Below are positions 7,778-15,156 of a stretch of 52,696 nt of DNA, piece by piece. The translations under genes were made by a program, and so were the position numbers. Location: positions 1-52,696 of IMG/VR virus record IMGVR_UViG_3300048091_000193. One strand, given 5' to 3'. The DNA comes from a virus (lineage: Duplodnaviria; Heunggongvirae; Uroviricota; Caudoviricetes). Position 1 is the stretch's first letter, and each line of letters opens with the position of its first letter. The notes under the pieces are model-generated. The model made no database searches and had not been told where the DNA came from. It saw nothing but the letters and a program-made list of their open reading frames with translations.

Positions 7778-8019
7778 ACCGGGCACTTCCCATGGTTGCC
7801 GGGCCTGGGCGCCATGGAGGCGGCTACAGGGCTTTGAGGAACGGGCAGCTTTATAGGTGTTCGGTGGTAGGAACCGGTAGGGTCCATGGGATCCGCTAAT
7901 GCGGCCCGAGCCGGCCAAGGCGATCGCCATGGGGTTTCCCATGGGAGGGGCGGGGTCCGCCGTGTGGCTGGAATGCCACTGTGACGGTAGTGCCACGTGG
8001 CTTTTTGACCACGTGACTA

Positions 8020-8037
8020 TAAGTCAACACTGACTCA
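8020..8037. repeat. 18-bp palindrome family
   Basis: TAAGTCA-ACAC-TGACTCA; overlaps the stop of 8035-8235; left edge of the CC/GG-free island. Confidence 0.75.
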
Positions 8038-8235
8038 AAATTCGTGACGCGCTTGCGCATAGCGTTCATGCGCTTCTTGCATGTCTAGGACTTCGTCTTC
8101 GTCATAGTCCAGGAGATCGTCGACATCGACACTATCGAATGCAGCGCGTGCGAGTGCTTTCGCTGTCTTGCTGACGTGACGCTGGACTCGGTGCTGTGAC
8201 TGCGCTGCGCTCATAATCGCGTTATAGAAGCTCAT
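8035..8235 (-). CDS. Small protein with acidic C-terminus; no Gly/Pro/Trp
   Basis: 66 aa; leader CAACAGAGAGAACACGTC-ATG matches early-leader RBS style; DSVDVDDLLDYDEDEVLD tract. Confidence 0.7.
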   Translation of the reverse strand: MSFYNAIMSAAQSQHRVQRHVSKTAKALARAAFDSVDVDDLLDYDEDEVLDMQEAHERYAQARHEF

Positions 8236-8298
8236 GACGTGTTCTCTCTGTTGAGTGAAGCGAGAGAGCGCGCTTTGTCTGCGCGCTCTGTGTGACGC
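8236..8298 (-). promoter_or_regulatory. Early-leader-like intergenic element (hairpin + AGAGAG RBS)
   Basis: Minus strand: AGAGCGCGC-AGACAAA-GCGCGCTCT hairpin, then CAACAGAGAGAACACGTC-ATG. Confidence 0.55.
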
Positions 8299-8880
8299 TT
8301 ACAGCGCGATCTGAAAGTGTTCTGCGATCTTGACGACAGCAGCATTGTCGCGCTTGAGCGTAAACGTCTCGTCATTCGCTGCATTGCGCGCGACATTGAA
8401 CATATCGAGCGCGATCATCGCATTGATCGTGCTGTTGTGCTGCGTCGCAACAGTGCTCTGTGACTTCGTCGTCTGCACGCGCGTTGCTTTGATCTTCGCA
8501 TCAAACTTCGTCTTGATATCGTTCGAGCAAAGCGAAGCGATGACATCGCGCGTCACTTCAATCTTTGCATCTTCGAGCGCGAACATGCTGCGAATTGTCG
8601 CATTCGTGTAGACGTCAAGCTTGTCGAGTGCAGACGACGCTGCGAAGCGTGCAGTGGAGATCATCTTCTCAACTGCATATGCGTTCTTGCTGACATTCGC
8701 GACGCTGAAATTGCAAGCGACAAGCATTGCAACGACGTCGTCATGATCTGCAGCTTTTGCATACTTGTCGAGATTGCGCTGCATATTTGCATTGCTTGCG
8801 TTCTTCGTCAGTTCAGCTGCTTTGCGCATTGCGAATGCTGCAGCGATATCGGACTTGAGCGTTTCGATTGCGTTTGTCAT
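8299..8880 (-). CDS. Hypothetical protein with no Gly/Pro/Trp; paralogue of 6090-6932
   Basis: 193 aa from ATG 8880 after CACAACAGAGAGACACGACG; homology to 6090-6932 visible by eye; coding strand has zero GG and two CC. Confidence 0.8.
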   Translation of the reverse strand: MTNAIETLKSDIAAAFAMRKAAELTKNASNANMQRNLDKYAKAADHDDVVAMLVACNFSVANVSKNAYAVEKMISTARFAASSALDKLDVYTNATIRSMFALEDAKIEVTRDVIASLCSNDIKTKFDAKIKATRVQTTKSQSTVATQHNSTINAMIALDMFNVARNAANDETFTLKRDNAAVVKIAEHFQIAL

Positions 8881-8927
8881 CGTCGTGTCTCTCTGTTGTG
8901 TGTGCATCGCGTTGTTGCGATGACTAG

Positions 8928-8955
8928 ATAATAGCTATTAGACGCGAGTAAGCAA
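8928..8955 (-). promoter_or_regulatory. Candidate sigma70 promoter for the CC/GG-free operon
   Basis: Minus strand TTGCTT-N16-TATTAT, about 50 nt upstream of ATG 8880. Confidence 0.55.
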
Positions 8956-8969
8956 TTCACACATTGTTA

Positions 8970-8987
8970 CAAGTCAGAACTGACTTA
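8970..8987. repeat. 18-bp palindrome family
   Basis: CAAGTCA-GAAC-TGACTTA; right edge of the CC/GG-free island. Confidence 0.8.
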
Positions 8988-9135
8988 TACATTGATATGC
9001 ACGTATGGACGCGCATTCTCGCTCGATTAGCGATCGTGGGACTGGGTGTAGAAATTAAATTGCGAGAAGCGAAGTCCTAGAGAAATTTTGTTGCTTTGAT
9101 CCCATTGCCTTCTGGCTCGCCGAGACGATTCCATT

Positions 9136-9510
9136 CCGGTCCTTGGCCGATCAATCTGCTGCAGTCCTAGCGTTGATCGCTATATTGAGAGCAACCCTCT
9201 CGCGGAGGTGTGGAAAGTAGACACGCTGCGCTCTCATCCGGTTCGCCGGAATGAGCCAATGGTTCTGGGCCTGTCGGTGCTAGTGCTCCTCGGAGACACG
9301 AACCTAAGAACGACAGACGCCGGGGTAACGACCGGCCCGCGAGAGGGGATTTATCCCGGTCCTTGGCCGATCGACAGAACTTTCATCGATCTTAGATGCG
9401 CGATAGTTGTGACGGGTCTACGGGTGTCGCCCCTATACGGGATCGCGTATAAAGGACGGATATACGCGCGTGCGTATAAATCCCGAGGGCAGTGGGACGG
9501 GTCCTTGGCC
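9136..9510. repeat. Dispersed direct repeats in non-coding DNA
   Basis: CCGGTCCTTGGCCGATC at 9136 and 9356, core GGTCCTTGGCC again at 9500; GCGTATAAA at 9445 and 9472 with inverted TATACG at 9434 and 9461. Confidence 0.5.
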
Positions 9511-9734
9511 TATAGCTCGTTCTTGATGCGCCAGGCTTTGACTAGACCTTCGCGCCAGCTCTCTCCCAGCCGATCGAGGGCTTCCATGAGCCCCTTATGC
9601 GAGCCTGGGAGGAGGTCGAGGTTCTCGGTGATCAGCGCAACGGCGATCACCTCCGCGGTGGACATGCGCCCGAGGCTTTCGGGGCTGCGCTCGTAGCGCT
9701 CCGCGAGGCCTAAAATGATCTCGACCGGGTCCAT
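9510..9734 (-). CDS. Hypothetical protein
   Basis: MDPVEIILGLAERY...; start placed at ATG 9734, 2 nt from the upstream stop. Confidence 0.6.
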   Translation of the reverse strand: MDPVEIILGLAERYERSPESLGRMSTAEVIAVALITENLDLLPGSHKGLMEALDRLGESWREGLVKAWRIKNEL

Positions 9735-9736
9735 GA

Positions 9737-9964
9737 TCAGCTCAGATCCTGGGTGACGTTGTAGCCGCGCTCGCGCATGCACTTGGAGATCATGCCGCCT
9801 GGGGTGATGAGGCCGGCGTTCTTCTTACGCTCGGTGCAATCGGCGAGATCGTTGGCGTATTTCTGCTGATCGACGCCGCGCATATCGACCGTGGGCGGCG
9901 CATAGGCCGAAGGGGTAGAACAGCCTGTCAGAAGGAACATACAGGCGAGGGTCAGATACCGCAT
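9737..9964 (-). CDS. Small lipoprotein
   Basis: MRYLTLACMFLLTGC: signal peptide II with LTGC lipobox; two further Cys. Confidence 0.7.
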   Translation of the reverse strand: MRYLTLACMFLLTGCSTPSAYAPPTVDMRGVDQQKYANDLADCTERKKNAGLITPGGMISKCMRERGYNVTQDLS

Positions 9965-9974
9965 TATTCGTTCT

Positions 9975-10316
9975 CTAAAGTGAACCTTTTGCGCCGCGCA
10001 GGTTCGTTGTGTCGAGGTCGAGGGCTGCCAGGCGCTTCTTGTCGTCCTCGTCCCCATACACCTCTACCCAGCACCGATAGGTGGCGACAAGCATTTCTTT
10101 CATTGGCATGTTGCGTGCCGTCGCGGACATCTTGAACGCTCTGTGAAAGCCGATGGACGTCTTGAAGTTCATATCCTGGATGCCTGAATTAGGCCTCGAC
10201 AGATTGTCCGGGATCTCCTCGGTCTTCGGGATCGGGATATTCAGTCCGCGGTTGCGGGCGCGCGGAGGCGGCGGGACGCTGTTGGCTGGTTTTGGGGTCT
10301 CGTCTGTCATGCTCAT
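9975..10316 (-). CDS. Ribbon-helix-helix partition protein (ParG-like, type Ib partner)
   Basis: DMNFKTSIGFHRAFKMSATARNMPMKEML has the RHH pattern; flexible Pro-rich N-terminus; coupled to parA. Confidence 0.65.
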   Translation of the reverse strand: MSMTDETPKPANSVPPPPRARNRGLNIPIPKTEEIPDNLSRPNSGIQDMNFKTSIGFHRAFKMSATARNMPMKEMLVATYRCWVEVYGDEDDKKRLAALDLDTTNLRGAKGSL

Positions 10317-10954
10317 GATCCGGTCAGCTCGTTGGTGCGATCGATGATCTCCTGGGCGAGGGTGATCGAGCGCGCGTTCAAGGTGTCGTATTCGGTCTCC
10401 GCCAGCGTGCGGCCGGCGTTCTGGGCGTTCACATAGGCGGTCTTCACGGGGAGGGTGGTCTTCGCCACCTTGAAGCCGGCATCGGTGATGAAGGTGCGAG
10501 CCTCGTTGATGCCGGCGGGGCTATCGGTGACCTTGTTGAGGACGAACAGCATCTTGGCATTCGCCACGCCGCGGGCTTTCAGTTCCTGGCCGAACCGCAC
10601 CTGCGGCGCCAGGTCGTCGGCCGAGAGCCCGGTGGGGATCACGACCAGATCGGCCTCTTTGGCCAGCGACAGGGTCTGAGTGTCACTGTCGGGCTTGCCA
10701 TCGAACACCATGAGATCGAGCTCCATGGCGTTCTTCATCGCCCTGGAGACCTCAGTATAAGCTTCGGCCGGGATCTCGGGCTCGACGCCCTGGCCCATGC
10801 GCACAGCCGCCCAATCGACGGAGGTCTTCTGCTTGATGTTGAAGTCGGCGATCTTCACCTGCCACCCGCCGGTGGCATAGGTGCGCGCGATCAGACGCGC
10901 CAATGTGGATTTTCCCACTCCGCCCTTCTGTGAAAGGCAGGCTATCGCAAGCAT
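10313..10954 (-). CDS. parA: ParA-family partition ATPase (short, type Ib)
   Basis: Deviant Walker A SQKGGVGKST, IADFN, Walker B MVFDG, ADLVVIP; 213 aa with no N-terminal HTH. Confidence 0.9.
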   Translation of the reverse strand: MLAIACLSQKGGVGKSTLARLIARTYATGGWQVKIADFNIKQKTSVDWAAVRMGQGVEPEIPAEAYTEVSRAMKNAMELDLMVFDGKPDSDTQTLSLAKEADLVVIPTGLSADDLAPQVRFGQELKARGVANAKMLFVLNKVTDSPAGINEARTFITDAGFKVAKTTLPVKTAYVNAQNAGRTLAETEYDTLNARSITLAQEIIDRTNELTGS

Positions 10955-10970
10955 TGGATTCCCCTCTGGA

Positions 10971-11018
10971 CGATTTAGCGAAATCGTTACATCGCTACGG
11001 TTAACAGGGTGTTAACCG
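10971..11018. promoter_or_regulatory. Inverted repeats upstream of parA (candidate operator or centromere)
   Basis: CGATTT-AGCG-AAATCG (10971-10986) and CGGTTAAC-AGGGT-GTTAACCG (10998-11018). Confidence 0.4.
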
Positions 11019-11039
11019 AGTCGCCAGAGGGGCTGTGGA

Positions 11040-11756
11040 TTAGGCGACGGTCAGTTTGACGACGGATTGAGGCGCCAAGAACGACGTGCCCCAGTTAGAT
11101 CCGAGATAGCGAAGGCCCGACTTGGCGGGTTCCGGCTCGATCTTCATCGGCATGGTCGCCTGCATAAGCTTCATCGCATCCTTGAGCTTTTCCACGGTAA
11201 GCGTTGAAGTATTTGCGGAATTCGTGGTCGGTGGACCGGCAATAGCAGAGCCAAGGCTGGCCGAGAGGGCATTCAAGGCAGCGACATTGAGCTTCGGCGC
11301 TCGGATGATCGCATCGGTCCAGCTGTCATCGGCCTCGACGATCACATCGATCCGGGCCTGAATATCTGGCTCCTTGTGATCAGCGGGCTCGAACGCCGGC
11401 AGGTCGAACACCCACTCGTAGTCCTCGAGGCTGATCATCAGGACAGGCCACCTGAAGCCGAGACCAGGCCGATCGCTTTCGCTGAATTCGACGGCGGATT
11501 CGGGAACCCAAAACCGCTTCTTCATCTCCTCAATGCCGAAATAGATGATGTCGGTCTGGTGGATAAAGCTATTGCGAGTGTCGAGCTGAAAACTGCGGCT
11601 CTCATCAAACACGCCGCCATATTCGTCGATCTTGGCGTGATCGATATGGATCTGCAGCCTGCCGCGCGCATCAAGCTCGGTCTGATGCGACGTCAGATGA
11701 CCGACCAGCTGCGCATAGCCGCCCAGCCAGACCTGAAGTGGGCCTTTGACGATCAT
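11040..11756 (-). CDS. Hypothetical protein
   Basis: 238-aa ORF coupled to the kinase gene; no recognised motif. Confidence 0.6.
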   Translation of the reverse strand: MIVKGPLQVWLGGYAQLVGHLTSHQTELDARGRLQIHIDHAKIDEYGGVFDESRSFQLDTRNSFIHQTDIIYFGIEEMKKRFWVPESAVEFSESDRPGLGFRWPVLMISLEDYEWVFDLPAFEPADHKEPDIQARIDVIVEADDSWTDAIIRAPKLNVAALNALSASLGSAIAGPPTTNSANTSTLTVEKLKDAMKLMQATMPMKIEPEPAKSGLRYLGSNWGTSFLAPQSVVKLTVA

Positions 11757-12367
11757 GCCGCGGCCTGTGCCCAGGAATAGTCGATCACGAGCTGGTGGAT
11801 CTTAGCCTCGAGATCCTTACGGGCGTCCGCCGGCGCCAGGCCGCGGGCTAGCCCGTCATTCTCGATCCAGACGCTGACCGCGCTCTCGTCGAACCGATCG
11901 AAGGCGTTGCCAGTCGGCTGCGCCTGCGGGTTCCGGATGCCGATGATCAGCCCGCCGCGCTGCACGAAGTAGTGGCCCTGGGTCTTGCGCACCGAGCCGA
12001 ACGAGAAGGGGCCAGGTCCGACCAGTCCGGCTGCAGCCGTCATCGGCATCACGAATTCACCCATCAGGGTCTCGAGCATCTCGCCGGCCCGGCCGAGCAC
12101 GATGCGCCAGGTCATGTGTTCGCCGGTGCGCGCGTCGATGTTCGGTGCGCCGTCGGGCCAATAGGCGAGCTTGGCTTTGCCTTCCTGGGTGTTCACGTCG
12201 TCGGGCTTGGCGCCGAAGTGACGCATTGCGAGATCGCGCAGCACAAAGCCGTCGTCGACCGGCGTCACGCCGTAGTGATTGAGCAGGATCTCCTGGACCA
12301 GGGACTTGCCCGATTTCGGGTGACCGCAGAGCGCGATGAAGCGGGGCAGTTTGTAGATGTTTCTCAT
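11753..12367 (-). CDS. Deoxynucleoside monophosphate kinase-like P-loop protein
   Basis: IALCGHPKSGKS at N-terminus, LRDLAMRHFG, WRIVLGRAGE: layout of phage dNMP kinases. Confidence 0.65.
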   Translation of the reverse strand: MRNIYKLPRFIALCGHPKSGKSLVQEILLNHYGVTPVDDGFVLRDLAMRHFGAKPDDVNTQEGKAKLAYWPDGAPNIDARTGEHMTWRIVLGRAGEMLETLMGEFVMPMTAAAGLVGPGPFSFGSVRKTQGHYFVQRGGLIIGIRNPQAQPTGNAFDRFDESAVSVWIENDGLARGLAPADARKDLEAKIHQLVIDYSWAQAAA

Positions 12368-12370
12368 TTG

Positions 12371-12388
12371 TAATTCAGTTCTGACTTA
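12371..12388. repeat. 18-bp palindrome family
   Basis: TAATTCA-GTTC-TGACTTA, 3 nt upstream of the kinase start. Confidence 0.75.
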
Positions 12389-12428
12389 TACGTTTGGACA
12401 GCAAAAAACACCCACCATAGGAGAGTGC

Positions 12429-12623
12429 TTAGTGGAACACGGGCTTTGCTGCTTCGCTCGGTTCCTGGTTCTTGGCCTGGCGCCGCAACATGCGGATCGT
12501 TCGCGCCAGCTGCCTCTCGAGGAGCGCGCATCGGCGCTCCAGTTGTTCGTATGACAGGATCGAGCGCCCTTTGGCGTCGAACACATGCACGGGGTCAACG
12601 AGACGTTTTCTGCTCATGATCAA
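12429..12623 (-). CDS. Small hypothetical protein
   Basis: 64-aa ORF filling the gap below the helicase; short coiled-coil. Confidence 0.4.
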   Translation of the reverse strand: MIMSRKRLVDPVHVFDAKGRSILSYEQLERRCALLERQLARTIRMLRRQAKNQEPSEAAKPVFH

Positions 12624-12635
12624 TATATAGTTGGT

Positions 12636-14240
12636 TCACGCAGCTTTGCGCATATTAAACAGATGCCAAGGTAGATCCTGCCCGTCCGGAATGATGCCTT
12701 CGGCAAAGCCCGGCGTGGTCTCGACGATCGCACGGCGTTCCTTGGCGTGATCGCGCAGCGTCGAGTTGAGCTGGTCGCGGTAATCGACGATGAATGCCAC
12801 GTTCGGACCCTTCTTCTTGGCGCGCAGCCCGCGGCCGATGCGCTGCCGGTGGGCAACCTCGGCTTTGCCGCCGCCGGCAAGGATCACCAGACCGATCGCC
12901 GGCACGTCGACGCCGACATCGACGATGGTGGTGCCGATCAGCGCATCGAGCTCGCCGCTCGCCAGGTCATTCAGCGCCTTCTTGCGCTCGACCTGATCAT
13001 TCTCGCCCTGGATCTGCCGCACCTTCAGTCCCGCGGCGCGCAGCATCTTCACCAGGATCGGGCCGTGGGCCTTGCGCTGCACCAGGATTAGGGTCGATAG
13101 CCCGTGCGCCTTGGCCTTCTTCGCCATTTCGACGACATGACTGTTGCGGGTCTCGGACTCGGTAATCCCGAGCTGATAGGCGCGCTGCCAGGGTGACGAC
13201 TTGCGCAGCTTCGTCGCCGGCGGGGGATCTGCGAACAGGAAATAGGGCTTGGCCAGCACGCCGCGCTTGATCAGCGTATCCTCTGACACCGTCAGCAGGA
13301 TGGGGCCGAACGCAGCCATCAGCCGCATATTATCTTCTTCGTTGCCCCGCATGAACGGCGTCGCAGTCAGAGCCACCCGGATATGGGCGTTCTTGCACCA
13401 GCGCAGGATCTCGTAATACGAATTGCCGCCCGCCTCGTGCGCTTCCTCGCCGATCACCACCTCTATCATCTCGAGGATCTTTATCAGCCGGTTCCGGACC
13501 TTCACCTTCTGGTCGTAAGCATGCTGGCCGAGCGCCGCGATCTGCTCGCGGGTGAGATGTAGTTCCTTGATTGCGTCCTGGCGCACGATCTCCAGGCGCT
13601 CCGCCTCGAGCTTGGGCTCCTCCAGCTGTGACACCAGAGTCTGCACCATGCCGACATTGATGCCCTTGGTCGGCGTGAATTGCCCGTCGCCGATGACGCC
13701 GACGTTGAACTTACAGTCGCGCTCGAAGGCTTCCTTCATCTGATACATCAGGACGCCGCGCGTGGTGATGAACAGGGTCGGGCGCCGGTAGCGCGCCGTG
13801 ATCAGCTTTGCGATCTTGGATTTGCCGCCGCCGGTGGCCACCCGAATGATGCCGCGGCCGTGCTTCTCGACCTGGCGCACCGCCTTCATCTGGAAGTCGT
13901 AGCGCGGGTCGTCATTGCCGAATTCATCGACGATCGGGTTCTCGGGACCGTTCGGCGCCGGCAGCGGGCGCCGTGCCAGCATCACCTGGTAGCCCTTCCG
14001 GGTCAGCTCGTGCTGAACCATGTGAACGAAGCCGGCCGGGAACATGCAGGTGCGGCGCGCAAAGAAGCTCGATCGGCCATTCCAGCCGCCCTGGCTGAAC
14101 GTATTCATGCGCTCGTGGCCGAGAACGACGTAGCTCAAGACCTTCGTCACCACGTCTTTCACCGCGGTCAAATGCGCCGGATCGACCGGGGTGACTTTGG
14201 CGTCGATCGCATTGAAGGCGATTTTGACGATCTGTTTCAA
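12636..14240 (-). CDS. Superfamily 2 DEAD/DEAH-box helicase (UvsW/XPB-like)
   Basis: Walker A ATGGGKS, motif II variant GEEAH, ALTATP, VGVDVP, QRIGRGLR. Confidence 0.9.
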   Translation of the reverse strand: MKQIVKIAFNAIDAKVTPVDPAHLTAVKDVVTKVLSYVVLGHERMNTFSQGGWNGRSSFFARRTCMFPAGFVHMVQHELTRKGYQVMLARRPLPAPNGPENPIVDEFGNDDPRYDFQMKAVRQVEKHGRGIIRVATGGGKSKIAKLITARYRRPTLFITTRGVLMYQMKEAFERDCKFNVGVIGDGQFTPTKGINVGMVQTLVSQLEEPKLEAERLEIVRQDAIKELHLTREQIAALGQHAYDQKVKVRNRLIKILEMIEVVIGEEAHEAGGNSYYEILRWCKNAHIRVALTATPFMRGNEEDNMRLMAAFGPILLTVSEDTLIKRGVLAKPYFLFADPPPATKLRKSSPWQRAYQLGITESETRNSHVVEMAKKAKAHGLSTLILVQRKAHGPILVKMLRAAGLKVRQIQGENDQVERKKALNDLASGELDALIGTTIVDVGVDVPAIGLVILAGGGKAEVAHRQRIGRGLRAKKKGPNVAFIVDYRDQLNSTLRDHAKERRAIVETTPGFAEGIIPDGQDLPWHLFNMRKAA

Positions 14241-14272
14241 CTGAAGCCTCTTGATCTTGGTCTGATTTCTGC

Positions 14273-14290
14273 TAAGTCAGTTCTGACTTA
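14273..14290. repeat. 18-bp palindrome family
   Basis: TAAGTCA-GTTC-TGACTTA between the divergent helicase and ParB-like genes. Confidence 0.85.
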
Positions 14291-14302
14291 TAAAGGAACG
14301 AG

Positions 14303-14971
14303 ATGCAGCTGCCAAACCAAATAGTCGTAGAAATCGGCCTTCTGCGCCCGAACCCGTGGAATTCCAATCACGTTTCACCCGATAACGAGGAGAAACTGCA
14401 GGAGTCCATTCGTCAGTTTGGACTGTTCAAGCCGATCGTGGTGCGGGACAAGTTGGACTATTACGAGATCCTGGGCGGTCAGCATCGCTGGGAAGCGGCC
14501 AAAGAGGTCGGACTCACCGAAGTTCCCATCTTTGTCGTCGAGGCCGATGACAACATGGCCAAGCGGATCACGCTGGCCGACAACGCGCGCTACGGCGCCG
14601 ACGACAGCATCGAACTCGCAAAGCTGATGGAGGAGATCGGGACTTCCGAAGATCTTCAGGGGTTCTTGCCCTACACCGACGCTGACGTGAATGCTATTTT
14701 CTCTCACGTCAATATAGCGCTCGATGAGCTGGATCTGTCGGGCGGATTCGAAGAAACCGAAGAAAAAGTCGTCGAGCCGAAGGCTGAGCGGGTCGCCAAG
14801 ACTCACACGATGATGCGTTTCAAGGTCGGCATCACCGACGCCGAGAAGATCACCGCGCTGATCGCCAAGATTCAGAAGCGCCAGGGTCTCACAGCGTCGG
14901 ACGAGCTGACCAATGCCGGCGACGCGTTGGTGTTCGCGCTGCTCAATGCAAGCGCCGGTGAGGACGACTGA
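14303..14971 (+). CDS. ParB/Sulfiredoxin N-terminal-domain protein 1
   Basis: LRPNPWNSN, SIRQFGLFKPIVV, ILGGQHRWEAA, ADNAR; no obvious HTH. Confidence 0.85.
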   Translation: MQLPNQIVVEIGLLRPNPWNSNHVSPDNEEKLQESIRQFGLFKPIVVRDKLDYYEILGGQHRWEAAKEVGLTEVPIFVVEADDNMAKRITLADNARYGADDSIELAKLMEEIGTSEDLQGFLPYTDADVNAIFSHVNIALDELDLSGGFEETEEKVVEPKAERVAKTHTMMRFKVGITDAEKITALIAKIQKRQGLTASDELTNAGDALVFALLNASAGEDD

Positions 14972-15156
14972 TGTTCGTCAAGCCGCGCCACGACGAGTGC
15001 AAAGGCTGCAAGTTCTTCAATCCGAACCGGCCTGCGCGCGAATGTCTGCCGTGCGGCAATGGTGAATTCTTCGAGGCGCGCATCCGCGATCGCGCTCCGA
15101 CCGACAACGAACTCATGAAAATGTATGCAGGGATGGGCTATGACCACGACGATTGA
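14971..15156 (+). CDS. Small Cys-rich protein
   Basis: CKGCKFF...CLPCGNGEFF; TGATG coupling. Confidence 0.6.
   Translation: MFVKPRHDECKGCKFFNPNRPARECLPCGNGEFFEARIRDRAPTDNELMKMYAGMGYDHDD

Noticed and set aside
8010-9007. Explaining the island as low-GC foreign DNA or general restriction-site avoidance
   Set aside because: G+C remains about 50% with abundant CG/GC; GCGC, CGCG, TCGA and GATC are all present; it shares leader style and a paralogue with the rest of the phage.
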